Below are positions 28,501-37,447 of a DNA stretch of 64,000 nucleotides, piece by piece. Made by a program: the position numbers and the translations under genes. Each line of letters starts with the position of its first letter. Position 1 is the stretch's first letter. The stretch is taken from positions 3,104,001 to 3,168,000 of the forward strand of contig OY759599.1 in the NCBI GenBank assembly GCA_963662465.1, read 5' to 3'. This DNA comes from Desulfatiglandales bacterium (GTDB lineage Bacteria > Desulfobacterota > DSM-4660 > Desulfatiglandales > Desulfatiglandaceae). Under the pieces are notes generated by a model that saw nothing but the letters and a program-made list of their open reading frames with translations, made no database searches and was not told where the DNA came from.

Positions 28501-31116
28501 TTCATTATGGTAAACATAGGCCCCGCCGGATACGGCCGGGCAGGATGATTCGAGTACCGCCAGGGTCAGGGTCGGGCCACCGTAATCCGCCAGGGGCCCC
28601 AGGTCGCCGGCCGTATAGGCCCCGGTTTGGTTGGGCGCCAAGTCATTGCCTGAAATCTCTTTGTTTGCTTGTGCATACCAGGCGTAATAGGCGGTGGCGC
28701 TCGCGCTGCCCGCAAGATATAGGTCCCCACCTGAATTGGCCGTATTATTGACAACCATGCTGTTCAGGAGGTAGCAGGCGGCGGAGTAGGAATATATCCC
28801 CCCGCCGTCACGACCCGCCTCGTTGCCGCTGATAGTGGCGTTCGTCAGGGTCAAGGCGCCCTCCCTGATAGATACCCCCCCGCCAAAACCGGTCTGTGCC
28901 TTGTTGCCGCTGATGGTGCAGTTCGTCAGGGTCAGGGTGCCGGAGGAAGAATTTATCCCCCCGCCCCCACCATTAAACCCTGATTGGTTGCCGCTGATGG
29001 TGCAGTTCGTCAGGGTCAGGGTGCCGGAGGAAGAATTTATCCCCCCGCCCGAAGTAGCCTTCGCGCCGGACACGCTGACCGTATCCATATTCAGGGCGCC
29101 GCTCTCCAGTAAAATACCGCCGCCATTACCAACACCAACATTACCGCCCTTTACGGTCATATTGGAGAGGCTGATGGTCTTGCCGTCCGCGTCGATATTG
29201 AACACCCGCCACGCGCTCTGGCCCGGATCGGTCACCTGAACCGTCACCGGGGTTCCGCTTCCGGCCATGTTGGCGCCGTTAATGGTGAGACTTTTGTCAA
29301 TACTTAGTTCTGAGTCGATGACGATGGTCTCGTCTCCCTGGGGCAGGTTAAACGTGATCGTACCACCATCGGCCGCGCCGGAAATCGCATCGCGCAGGCT
29401 CCCCGGGCCGTAGTCATCAGTATGGGTTACCTCCGTGAAGCAGGAAAAAGCATAGGCCCCGATGGTGAGCATTTCCTGCCGGGCTGCTCCGCGCTGGTCC
29501 GTGGTGATTTTGTCGGACGGCTGTGCATTCGAGGGCGTACTCCAGTCGGACAGCTTGTGGGCCGTCGGCGGTTCATTCTTGTCATAGAAATAGTAGCCGT
29601 CTGTTTCATTGTAATAGACGTAAGCTCCGCCGGATACCGCCGGACAGGATGAATCCTGTACCGCCATGGTTTGGGTGGGGCCGCCGTTGTCCGCCAGGGA
29701 ACCCAGGTCGCCGGCCGTGTACGTGCCGGTTTGGTTGGGCGCCTCGTTACGCCCTGAAATCGTCCCGCTCCCGCTTGTTTCGGCATACCAGGTGTAATAG
29801 GCGGTGGCGCTCGCTATTTCGGAAAGATATAGGTCCCCGCCTGAATTGGCCGTATTATTGACAACCATGCTGTTCAGAAGGTAGCAATCGAAGTAGTCGG
29901 AATATATCCCCCCGCCGTCACCACCCGCCTCGTTGCCGCTGATGGTACAGTTCGTCAGGGTCAGGGCGCTGATGGAAGAATATATCCCCCCGCCGTCACC
30001 ACCCGCCTCGTTGCCGCTGATGGTACAGTTCGTCAGGGTCAGGGTGTTGGAGAAAAAACTTATCCCCCCGCCGTTACCACCCGCCTCGTTGCCACTGATG
30101 GTGCAGTTCATCAGAGTCAGGGTGCCGCAGTTGGAAGATATCCCCCCGCCAAGCGTACCCTTCGACCCGGATACCGTGACCGTATCCATATTCAGGACGC
30201 CGCTCTCCAGACAAATGCCGCCGCCACGCTCAACATTACCGCCCTTTACGGTCATGTTGGAGATGTCGACTGTCCCAACACCGGCGTTGATGTGGAAGAC
30301 CCGCCACGCGCTCTCGCCCGGATCTGTTACCTGCACCGTCACCGGGGTCCCGCTCCCGGCCGTGTTGGCGCCGTCGATGGTGAGGTGTCGGCCAGTGGTG
30401 AGTAGTTCTCCTGATGTGAGAATGATGGTCTCATCACCCTCGCCCAGCGCAAAGGTAATGGTGTCTAAATCGTTTGCATCAGTAATGGCCTGACGCAGGG
30501 TTCCCGCGCCCGAATCGGCGTTGCTAGTCACCTGTCTCTCGATCAAATCATACGCATACCCCTTGATTTCAAGGGGACGGGTCTCGATGGCGCCCCGCGC
30601 CACCTCCAGGTTCCAGTCGCCCCCGTTTCCGGTGAGGTTTTTGGAGGCCGCCACGTCCGCCCCGGTCAGGCGGCTGAGGGCGGTGATCAGGGCATTACCC
30701 GAGGGGCCGGCGCCGGCGCTGCAGGCATAGAGAAGGATGTCCCCACCCGGTTTCAGGGACCGGCCCCACGAGGCCGGTTCAGCCGTGCGGGCCTGCAACA
30801 CATGCGGGGTCACCCGCTCCCGGTTCAGGGTCAGACTGCCCGGGCCACCGTGGGAGATGATGTGGATGGCCGAAAGGTTCCGCTTTCCGGAGAGGGCCGA
30901 TGCAATCTGGGCCAGCGCATCCCCGCCGGGCGCCAGAAGCACCGTCTCCACATGATCCGGAAGTTGGGCCTGTATGGTTTGCGCATCCCGCACCGCCGGG
31001 TCGATGAAAACCACCTCACGGGGCGACAAGGCCCATGCGGTCCCCCCGGTCCACATACCCAGCAACAACGAAAAAACCACAACGGTCAAGAAACTGTAGA
31101 TTCGATCCCTATGCAT
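25561..31116 (-). CDS. Large secreted repetitive surface protein (DUF4347 + four beta-helix/choice-of-anchor Q-like modules + InlB B-repeat + C-terminal domain)
   Basis: Signal peptide; IHIISHGGPGSL, DILLYAC, GADVAAS (DUF4347); four modules from VT...D.G.G.LR.AI through GGGI repeats and LGPLADNGGPT to TTDQRG...IGA; VAYNGNG...WNTAANGGG...LYAQW. Confidence 0.88.
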   Translation of the reverse strand: MHRDRIYSFLTVVVFSLLLGMWTGGTAWALSPREVVFIDPAVRDAQTIQAQLPDHVETVLLAPGGDALAQIASALSGKRNLSAIHIISHGGPGSLTLNRERVTPHVLQARTAEPASWGRSLKPGGDILLYACSAGAGPSGNALITALSRLTGADVAASKNLTGNGGDWNLEVARGAIETRPLEIKGYAYDLIERQVTSNADSGAGTLRQAITDANDLDTITFALGEGDETIILTSGELLTTGRHLTIDGANTAGSGTPVTVQVTDPGESAWRVFHINAGVGTVDISNMTVKGGNVERGGGICLESGVLNMDTVTVSGSKGTLGGGISSNCGTLTLMNCTISGNEAGGNGGGISFFSNTLTLTNCTISGNEAGGDGGGIYSSISALTLTNCTISGNEAGGDGGGIYSDYFDCYLLNSMVVNNTANSGGDLYLSEIASATAYYTWYAETSGSGTISGRNEAPNQTGTYTAGDLGSLADNGGPTQTMAVQDSSCPAVSGGAYVYYNETDGYYFYDKNEPPTAHKLSDWSTPSNAQPSDKITTDQRGAARQEMLTIGAYAFSCFTEVTHTDDYGPGSLRDAISGAADGGTITFNLPQGDETIVIDSELSIDKSLTINGANMAGSGTPVTVQVTDPGQSAWRVFNIDADGKTISLSNMTVKGGNVGVGNGGGILLESGALNMDTVSVSGAKATSGGGINSSSGTLTLTNCTISGNQSGFNGGGGGINSSSGTLTLTNCTISGNKAQTGFGGGVSIREGALTLTNATISGNEAGRDGGGIYSYSAACYLLNSMVVNNTANSGGDLYLAGSASATAYYAWYAQANKEISGNDLAPNQTGAYTAGDLGPLADYGGPTLTLAVLESSCPAVSGGAYVYHNETDGYYFYDTENVARKLSDWSTPSNPKDADKITTDQRGTFREDGVTIGACAYFSSTVLTHHNDGPGSLRDAIDKAGDGDTITFNLPEGQETITSESELSISGKSLTIDGANTAGSGTSITVQVTEPGVSGWRVFDIDAAGETINISNMTVTGGDLTGIIREDGAGIRLQNGTLNMDTVTVSGSKSMRGGGIFSNGVLTLTNCTVSGNAADILGGGICCYSGTLTLTNSTISGNVASTMTKASGGGICSNGALALTNTTVSGNAAGEDGGGIYSGGASTTLTNSTISGNTTEDEGGGIYSNDTLTLTNTTVSGNAANWGGGIYSSANRHLLNSIVVNNTGGDLCLTPVSSSAAYYCWFLDTIGTISGEETAPNQTAAYAAGDLGPLADNGGPTQTLAVFNPSCPAISGGAYVYYNETDGYYFYDNENNAHKLSDWSTPSNPQPSDKITTDQRGLTRENSTPTIGAYEPSVWEVTSNLDLGAGTLRNAIATAKEGDTILLNMPGDTINIDSELLIDKGLRIDGTNLNTHNMVTVQVTDPGVSNFRVFQISDGTVVISNMTVKGGNLGNAYPTKKGGAILLESGTLHMDTVTVSGSKAGEGGGIFSDGALTLTNCTISGNEAFFNGGGIFSDGALTLTNCTISGNEAVNHGGGIAFSSGSGAACYLLNSIVVNNTANSGGDISLLGSATATAYYAWFAETSGMISGNALAPNQTDAYTAGDLGPLADYGGLTLTMAVLNPSCPAVSGGAYVYYNETDGYYFYDNENNAHKLSDWGTPSNAQPSDKITTDQRGLTRQESNPTIGACAFRIFTVAYNGNGNTGGSAPVDENRYEEGDEVTVLAPGSLVRTGYLFNCWNTAANGGGDAYGPGDTFNMPGAGVTLYAQWTAGPRRYVCSDGWCGGETPCHRTVKEAVEAAANGTVILIASSETTYDGSFTLNADNILVLQGGWDASFKNPDAGTTTLQGAPKAPKGSLTLQNLNIVP

Positions 31117-31546
31117 GTCCTTTCCTCCTCAGCAGAATGAGCGGTCCACAAATTCATCATCTGTTATATGCAATTCCGGCCAAACGACGATCGAGGCTCA
31201 TTTTGTTGGTCGTGGATTCGTGGGTCTCCGCGACGCCTCAGATCTGTCGCATAACACGACAAAACCATCTGTAAGTCTCGGCGGAGGCGGGCATCAGGCA
31301 GGCTGGCGTCTAGGATCCGTCAGGCTTTTCTTTAGATAATACTTAATTAGTAAAAGAATGCTATTTTGCGTTTTCTGTTGTGTCAAGAAAAAAACGGCTC
31401 ATCGCGGATTCGCGTGATGTTTTGTTAAAAGAGCAGATTTCGTGGGTGGATTGGAAACGCAGGGATAGGAATCAATCTCACTTTTCTCCCCCTCTCCTTC
31501 CAAATAGTACGGAACTTACGGAAAGAAATGTGCTAAAAAGGAAGAC

Positions 31547-32419
31547 ATGAATGCTTCTTCTCGCAAAAAGTCAATCATCCTGATTCTCCTGGCGGGCATC
31601 GTCATGTTTTTCTGCTTTTATTCTCAAATTGAAAACTTTTTTGTGTTTCATCCGGAAACCCATCTTGACATGCTTCCGGATCAACTGGGTCTCTCCTATG
31701 ATTCCGTGGCCTTTGAAGCGGAGGACGGAACAAAACTCCATGGATGGTTTTTCCCGCTGCCCGGAAAACCCCCGGTGATCCTTTTCTGCCATGGCAATGC
31801 CGGCAATATCAGCCACCGTCTTGATAACATCCGGAAACTATTGGAATACGGCTTTCAAGTGTTTATTTACGACTACCGGGGATTTGGGAAAAGCCAGGGC
31901 CGACCTTCCAGGAAAGGGGTATATCTGGACGGATTGGCAGCCTATGACTGTCTTCGAAATCATCTAGGGATCCCGTCGGATCGCATTGTTCTGTTCGGCC
32001 GATCCCTGGGGGCCGCGGTGGCAACGGAAATTGCCACGAAAAGAAAGGCGAGATGTCTGATTCTGGAAAGTGCCTTTACCTCAACCCGGGATATGGCCAA
32101 AACCATGCCGCTTTTTGCGCTTTTATCTCCCTTTCTGCCGGCCCATTACAACAACCTGAAGAAAATCCAGCACATCACCGCACCCAAACTGGTCATTCAC
32201 GGCGACATGGACAAAATCGTCCCCTTCAAAATGGGTAAACGACTTTTCAAGGAGGCAAAGGGACCCAAAAATTTTTACCCCATCAAGGGGGCGGGGCACA
32301 ACGATACATGGATCATCGGCGGAAGAGCGTATTTTGAAATGTTGGCGAAGTTTATCATGGATACTCCTGAGTTCGTAACTTTCATTTCCCGTCCCCGGAT
32401 GCCGCAATGGCGGCCTTAA
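31547..32419 (+). CDS. Alpha/beta hydrolase
   Basis: HGNAGN, DYRGFGKS, GRSLG nucleophile elbow, HGDMD, GAGHND. Confidence 0.92.
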   Translation: MNASSRKKSIILILLAGIVMFFCFYSQIENFFVFHPETHLDMLPDQLGLSYDSVAFEAEDGTKLHGWFFPLPGKPPVILFCHGNAGNISHRLDNIRKLLEYGFQVFIYDYRGFGKSQGRPSRKGVYLDGLAAYDCLRNHLGIPSDRIVLFGRSLGAAVATEIATKRKARCLILESAFTSTRDMAKTMPLFALLSPFLPAHYNNLKKIQHITAPKLVIHGDMDKIVPFKMGKRLFKEAKGPKNFYPIKGAGHNDTWIIGGRAYFEMLAKFIMDTPEFVTFISRPRMPQWRP

Positions 32420-32957
32420 GCTCTTTCATAATGGGACCGTCCTCCCCCCACAGAGCACAGCTGTTCACCAGTTGGGGCAGGGCCTCGAATTCCTCCAGAG
32501 AACGGGGAAGCGGCCGGCGCTCCCGGGAATGCTCCGTCCAGTAGCCATGAAGCGACGCCGTTCCCATAACCATCATCAGATGGGTCATGTGGTTGCACCC
32601 GCGAACCCCGCCAAAAAGTTTTCGCACCTGTTCGCTGTATCCCCCAACGATTTTAAGGCCCACGGCCCGTTTGACCCCTTCAAGGGTCGTGGAACAGAGT
32701 TCGTGGGGCACATCAGGCATTTCGGCTTCCGCATCCAGGATAGTCAAAGGCCAGTCCCCCACCAGAAACCGGATGCACATCCAATGCACCACCCCGGGTC
32801 CCCTGGAAACGCCGTTCCAGTGATACCCTTCAACCAGTCGCTCATCCCGCAGCCATCCCTCAACAATCAACCGCCCGTTCTCCAGCGGATAGGTCCGCAA
32901 CTCCAACCGCCGCTCATGAACGGGGTCGCCCTTGATTTGTTCTTTTAATGTCGTCAT
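32382..32957 (-). CDS. DUF2889 domain protein
   Basis: VHERRLE, VEGWLRDER, VHWMCIRF, PHELC, GGVRGCNHMTHL, LVNSCALW. Confidence 0.78.
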   Translation of the reverse strand: MTTLKEQIKGDPVHERRLELRTYPLENGRLIVEGWLRDERLVEGYHWNGVSRGPGVVHWMCIRFLVGDWPLTILDAEAEMPDVPHELCSTTLEGVKRAVGLKIVGGYSEQVRKLFGGVRGCNHMTHLMMVMGTASLHGYWTEHSRERRPLPRSLEEFEALPQLVNSCALWGEDGPIMKELKAAIAASGDGK

Positions 32958-32984
32958 TCGCTGTTTTTCCTTATGAAAAAAATA

Positions 32985-33695
32985 TTAATTGGGAGAAACA
33001 ATCTCCGGATATCTGACCTTTCGGTAATAAGACTCCGAAAGATACACCGCCGCCAGGGGGTTATGCCCCGTCACCCGGTCCTTGACCGCCAGCACAGTGG
33101 TCGGCGCTTTTGCGTATTTAAAAAAGAGCGAATCATGGCCCACGCACAAGCCCAAGAGAACATTCAATTGAGATCCTTCATGGTTCAACACCGTAGCCTG
33201 ATAGATGGGGTTGCACATGGCCTCGTCCGTACCCTGAAAAATCTTTTCCGATTCTTTCAGACCAAGAATGTCCTTGGAGGTACGGCCCGCCTTGCAGAGT
33301 ACGGAAATCACTTCAAGCCCATGGCTTTCGAAAATTTCCGTTACCAGCCGCGCCTCTTTCACCAGCCCCACGCAAAAGGCAAGCCCCAACCGCTGGTACC
33401 CCATTTTCCCGGCAAACTCACAGATCTCCACAATTCGGGTCTTGGTGGGCTGCATGACATAGGGCTTTTGATCACGGTTGGCATAGCATTCGGCCTCTTG
33501 CAGCGAAGCGTTTCGGGCAAACTCCCCAACCTCGGGGATCTCATATTCCCGGTTTGCCTCATCAAGCGCCTGACGGTCCCGCAAGGTCGGACACCCCTTG
33601 CCGCCCTTCCCTTCCTTTGTCATACAAATCCTCTCGGAGGTATCCACGTCACAGAGCGCACAGGCCGGCGCAATAGGTTTTCTTTTGTTTTCCAT
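32985..33695 (-). CDS. DUF1847 domain metal-binding protein
   Basis: TRIVEI, GLAFCVGL, MCNPIYQA, GLCVGHDSLF, VKDRVTGHNPL. Confidence 0.85.
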   Translation of the reverse strand: MENKRKPIAPACALCDVDTSERICMTKEGKGGKGCPTLRDRQALDEANREYEIPEVGEFARNASLQEAECYANRDQKPYVMQPTKTRIVEICEFAGKMGYQRLGLAFCVGLVKEARLVTEIFESHGLEVISVLCKAGRTSKDILGLKESEKIFQGTDEAMCNPIYQATVLNHEGSQLNVLLGLCVGHDSLFFKYAKAPTTVLAVKDRVTGHNPLAAVYLSESYYRKVRYPEIVSPN

Positions 33696-33926
33696 TTTAT
33701 CTCCTTATTCAGCGATTCGCCTTTGGCTGTTGGCTAACAATTGCATATAAAGGCGGCATCTTTACATGCATGGTAAAAATTTTAAAGATAAATCCGCATC
33801 CCCGCCACTCCCGCTAACGGGCATTTTCCAAAAAAATAGCCCTTCGAATCCCTTGACAATAGAAATGCGCCATGTTACTGATTTGACAAAGACTGCTCCC
33901 TTAAAACCCGTAATTGGGGAACCCAA

Positions 33927-34703
33927 ATGAACGCAAATCAAGATTTATTCAATGATATTGAAAAAGTCGTGCCGGTACGTGCGAATCGAGATGTCGCACC
34001 GGATACACCCTCCATGGGCGATATCATAGAGCTGACCGATGTGATACAGGAAGGAGAAACAACAACGGAACCCTCTGATGCACCTATGTTTTTGGATTCG
34101 GAGGAACCGGACGACTTCCCAGTCAAAACCACGGAAAATGCAACACCCGCTGAAACGACCGTTCAATCACTGCCTGTAGAAGAAGTGGACGACTTTCCCG
34201 AAATGGACTCGGAAGACGCCTTCTCAGCACTGGAATCTTCAGATTTTGAATTTGAGACCGCACCGGAATTTGAAGAAGATGATGCCAAACCTTTTTCGGA
34301 ACCGCTCCCCGAAGACCTGGACCACGTCCTGGCCGGTATCGAGAAAGAAGAAACTGAAACTGAAAGACATGAAGACCTTCCGGCCGGCATTGAAGAAGAG
34401 ACCGGCGCTGAAAGGGCTGAAGACATTCTGGCCGGTTTTATAGAAATAGACGAAGATGAAAAACCTCATGATGTTCTGACCTGTCTGGAAGGAAAAGAGG
34501 CAAAGGATGAAAAACCTACAGATAGCGCCGTCAACCATGACATTCCCGGCATTTCCGAAGAAAAAATGAAGGAACTTCTCACCGGAATCATTCAGGAGAC
34601 CGTTAATAAAGCCATCCGCGAAACCGTTTCGGAGGCTGCCGAAAAAGTCATCCGGGAAGCCATCGCGAGCCTGAAACAAAGCATCGAATCCTCCGGGAAA
34701 TAA
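33927..34703 (+). CDS. Highly acidic, probably disordered protein with PopZ/RomR-like C-terminal helices
   Basis: DIIELTDVI motif, long E/D/P-rich middle, amphipathic tail ISEEKMKELL...AAEKVIREAIASLK; directly upstream of valS. Confidence 0.6.
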   Translation: MNANQDLFNDIEKVVPVRANRDVAPDTPSMGDIIELTDVIQEGETTTEPSDAPMFLDSEEPDDFPVKTTENATPAETTVQSLPVEEVDDFPEMDSEDAFSALESSDFEFETAPEFEEDDAKPFSEPLPEDLDHVLAGIEKEETETERHEDLPAGIEEETGAERAEDILAGFIEIDEDEKPHDVLTCLEGKEAKDEKPTDSAVNHDIPGISEEKMKELLTGIIQETVNKAIRETVSEAAEKVIREAIASLKQSIESSGK

Positions 34704-34737
34704 CAACTTGATATTTTTTTTTGACCATAGCAGATTC

Positions 34738-34768
34738 AAGGGGGTTGTAAAACCGTTACAACCCCCTT
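34738..34768 (+). terminator. Perfect hairpin between the acidic gene and valS
   Basis: AAGGGGGTTGTAA-AACCG-TTACAACCCCCTT, 13-bp stem. Confidence 0.5.
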
Positions 34769-34795
34769 CCTGTTTTACGAGGAGCCTGATAATTG

Positions 34796-37447
34796 ATGGA
34801 AAAAGAACCCATCGCCAAAAGTTACGAACCCAAAGAAGTTGAAGCAAAATGGTACCAGTACTGGGAGGAAAACGACCTCTTTAAACCAACGGCCGCATCT
34901 GAAAAATCCCCATACTGCATTGTGATTCCCCCCCCCAACGTAACCGGGACCCTTCACATGGGGCATGCCTTAAACAATACCCTTCAGGATATTTTATGCC
35001 GTTACAAAAAAATGGCGGGCTGCAACGTCCTCTGGCAACCGGGTACGGATCATGCCGGCATCGCCACCCAGAACGTGGTGGAGCGAGACCTGGCGGCCCA
35101 GGGGACGGACCGGCATGCGGTAGGCAGGGAACAGTTCATTGAACGGGTATGGGAATGGCGCAAAAAATACGGCGGATTGATCATCAATCAGCTCAGGAGA
35201 CTGGGATGCTCCTGCGACTGGAGTCGGGAACGGTTCACCATGGATGAAGGACTTTCCAGGGCCGTTAAGGAGGTTTTTGTGCGCCTCTATGAGGAGGGCC
35301 TCATTTACCGGGGAGATTACATCATCAACTGGTGCCCGAGGTGCCACACGGCCCTGGCGGACCTGGAGGTGGAGCATCATGACCAGGAGAGCTATCTTTA
35401 TCACATCAGATACCGTCTTGAAGATGGAACAGGCCACCTGATCGTTGCCACCACCAGACCGGAAACCCTGCTGGGGGATACGGCCGTGGCCGTCAATCCC
35501 AAGGACGAACGGTACGCCCATTTAAAAGGCGCCAACGTCCTCCTCCCGGTCCTGAACAAGCCGATCCCCATTATCTTTGACCGTTATGTGGACATGGCAT
35601 TCGGCACCGGAGCCTTGAAAATCACGCCGGCCCACGATCCCAACGACTTTGAAATCGGAAACCAGCATAACCTGGAACGAATCAAGGTGATTGATGATGA
35701 CGGCATTATGAACGAACTGGCAGGTCCCTACCAAGGGCTTGACCGGTTTGCGTGCCGAGAACAGATCTTAAAAGACCTGGAAACGGCGGGGCTTCTGGAA
35801 AAGGTGGAACCTTACCAGAATGCCGTAGGACACTGCTACAGATGTAAAACCATGATCGAACCCATCTTGAGCAAACAGTGGTTTGTGAAAACGGCGCCCC
35901 TGGCCAAAAAGGCCGGTGATGCGGTAAGGGATGGAAAAACAAGAATTTACCCCAATAACTGGGAAGCCGTCTATTTTGACTGGATGGACAACATCAGGGA
36001 CTGGTGCATTTCCAGACAAATCTGGTGGGGACACCGAATCCCCGCGTGGTATTGCGACGCATGTGGTGAAATCACGGTGGCCAAAACAACACCCTCGAAA
36101 TGCGCCCACTGCGACAGCGAAAACATCCGTCAGGAAACCGACGTGCTGGACACCTGGTTCAGCTCGGCCCTGTGGCCCTTTTCCACCCTGGGATGGCCGG
36201 ATAAAACCCCTGAATTGGCAACATTTTACCCGACGGCGGCCCTCGTCACCGGATTCGACATCCTCTTTTTCTGGGTGGCCAGGATGATGATGATGGGCAT
36301 CCATTTCATGGGAGATATCCCCTTCAAGGATGTGTATATCCATGCGCTGGTTCGGGATGCGGAAGGCAAAAAAATGAGCAAAAGCAAGGGGAACGTCATC
36401 GATCCCCTGGTGGTCATGGACGAGCACGGGACGGACGCCTTTCGATTCACCCTGGCGGCACTGGCAGCCCAGGGACGGGACATCAAACTTTCAGAGGAAA
36501 GAATTCTGGGGTATCGCCACTTTGTCAACAAACTGTGGAATGCGGCCCGTTTCGTGTTCATGAACCTGGATGATACCGCCACAGCGCCCGCCCAAAGACC
36601 ACCCGCTACCCTTGCGGATCGCTGGATTCTGACCCGTATCGGGGAAGTCAGCGATCAAGTGGCCGGCGCCATTAACGACTACCAGTTCAATGAAGCAGCC
36701 GGCCTCTGCTACCAGTTTGTATGGCACGAATTCTGCGACTGGTACCTTGAAATGGCCAAGCAGGCGTTTTACGGAGATGATCAGGAACTCAAAGATGCGG
36801 CGCAACATACAGTTCTGGCAGCCTTGGGGGCCTCATTGAAATTGCTGCACCCCTTCATGCCCTTTGTGACGGAAGAAATATGGCAGCGACTTCCCGGGAC
36901 CGAAGGCAGCATCATGAGCGCCGCATTTCCGGATTCATCAGGCTTTCCAAAGGATGAAAAAGCACTGACGGATATGACGCTCCTCATGGGAATTATCGCG
37001 GGCATCCGGAACATACGGGGGGAAATGAACCTTCCCCCTTCAAAAAATGTCAGAGTGGTCATTGATACGGGCAATACCAAAGAAACCACCTGTATCCAAA
37101 AAAACTCAGAACAAGTCAAAACCCTGGCCAAAGTAGAAGATTTGACCATCGGCTCAGGCCTTAAAAAACCCGTAGCCTCTGCCACGGCCGTATTCGGAGA
37201 CACATCCATTCATGTGATTTTAAAAGGCCTTCTGGATTTTGGAGAAGAGAAAAAGCGCATTCGCAAATCCATCCTCAAAATTGAAAAAGACCTGAAAGCC
37301 TCGGAGAAGAAACTTTCAAATCCCGGGTTCCTGGATAAGGCCCCGGAAGATATCGTGGCGGACGTCAGGGCCAAAGCGGAAACCCTAACCGCCAAGCGCG
37401 ATAAACTTGCGCATAACCTGGCCGTTTTGGAGAACATCGATGAATAA
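34796..37447 (+). CDS. valS: Valine--tRNA ligase
   Basis: PPPNVTGTLHMGH, DHAGIATQ, DWCISRQIWWGH, KMSKS, C-terminal coiled coil. Confidence 0.98.
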   Translation: MEKEPIAKSYEPKEVEAKWYQYWEENDLFKPTAASEKSPYCIVIPPPNVTGTLHMGHALNNTLQDILCRYKKMAGCNVLWQPGTDHAGIATQNVVERDLAAQGTDRHAVGREQFIERVWEWRKKYGGLIINQLRRLGCSCDWSRERFTMDEGLSRAVKEVFVRLYEEGLIYRGDYIINWCPRCHTALADLEVEHHDQESYLYHIRYRLEDGTGHLIVATTRPETLLGDTAVAVNPKDERYAHLKGANVLLPVLNKPIPIIFDRYVDMAFGTGALKITPAHDPNDFEIGNQHNLERIKVIDDDGIMNELAGPYQGLDRFACREQILKDLETAGLLEKVEPYQNAVGHCYRCKTMIEPILSKQWFVKTAPLAKKAGDAVRDGKTRIYPNNWEAVYFDWMDNIRDWCISRQIWWGHRIPAWYCDACGEITVAKTTPSKCAHCDSENIRQETDVLDTWFSSALWPFSTLGWPDKTPELATFYPTAALVTGFDILFFWVARMMMMGIHFMGDIPFKDVYIHALVRDAEGKKMSKSKGNVIDPLVVMDEHGTDAFRFTLAALAAQGRDIKLSEERILGYRHFVNKLWNAARFVFMNLDDTATAPAQRPPATLADRWILTRIGEVSDQVAGAINDYQFNEAAGLCYQFVWHEFCDWYLEMAKQAFYGDDQELKDAAQHTVLAALGASLKLLHPFMPFVTEEIWQRLPGTEGSIMSAAFPDSSGFPKDEKALTDMTLLMGIIAGIRNIRGEMNLPPSKNVRVVIDTGNTKETTCIQKNSEQVKTLAKVEDLTIGSGLKKPVASATAVFGDTSIHVILKGLLDFGEEKKRIRKSILKIEKDLKASEKKLSNPGFLDKAPEDIVADVRAKAETLTAKRDKLAHNLAVLENIDE

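Noticed and set aside
26090..30530. CRISPR-like periodic repeats
   Set aside because: Repeats are in-frame coding units of the surface protein; no cas genes
31167..31183. Sigma54 promoter TTGGCCGGAATTGCAT before the surface-protein gene
   Set aside because: GG-to-GC spacing is 8 nt, not the required 10
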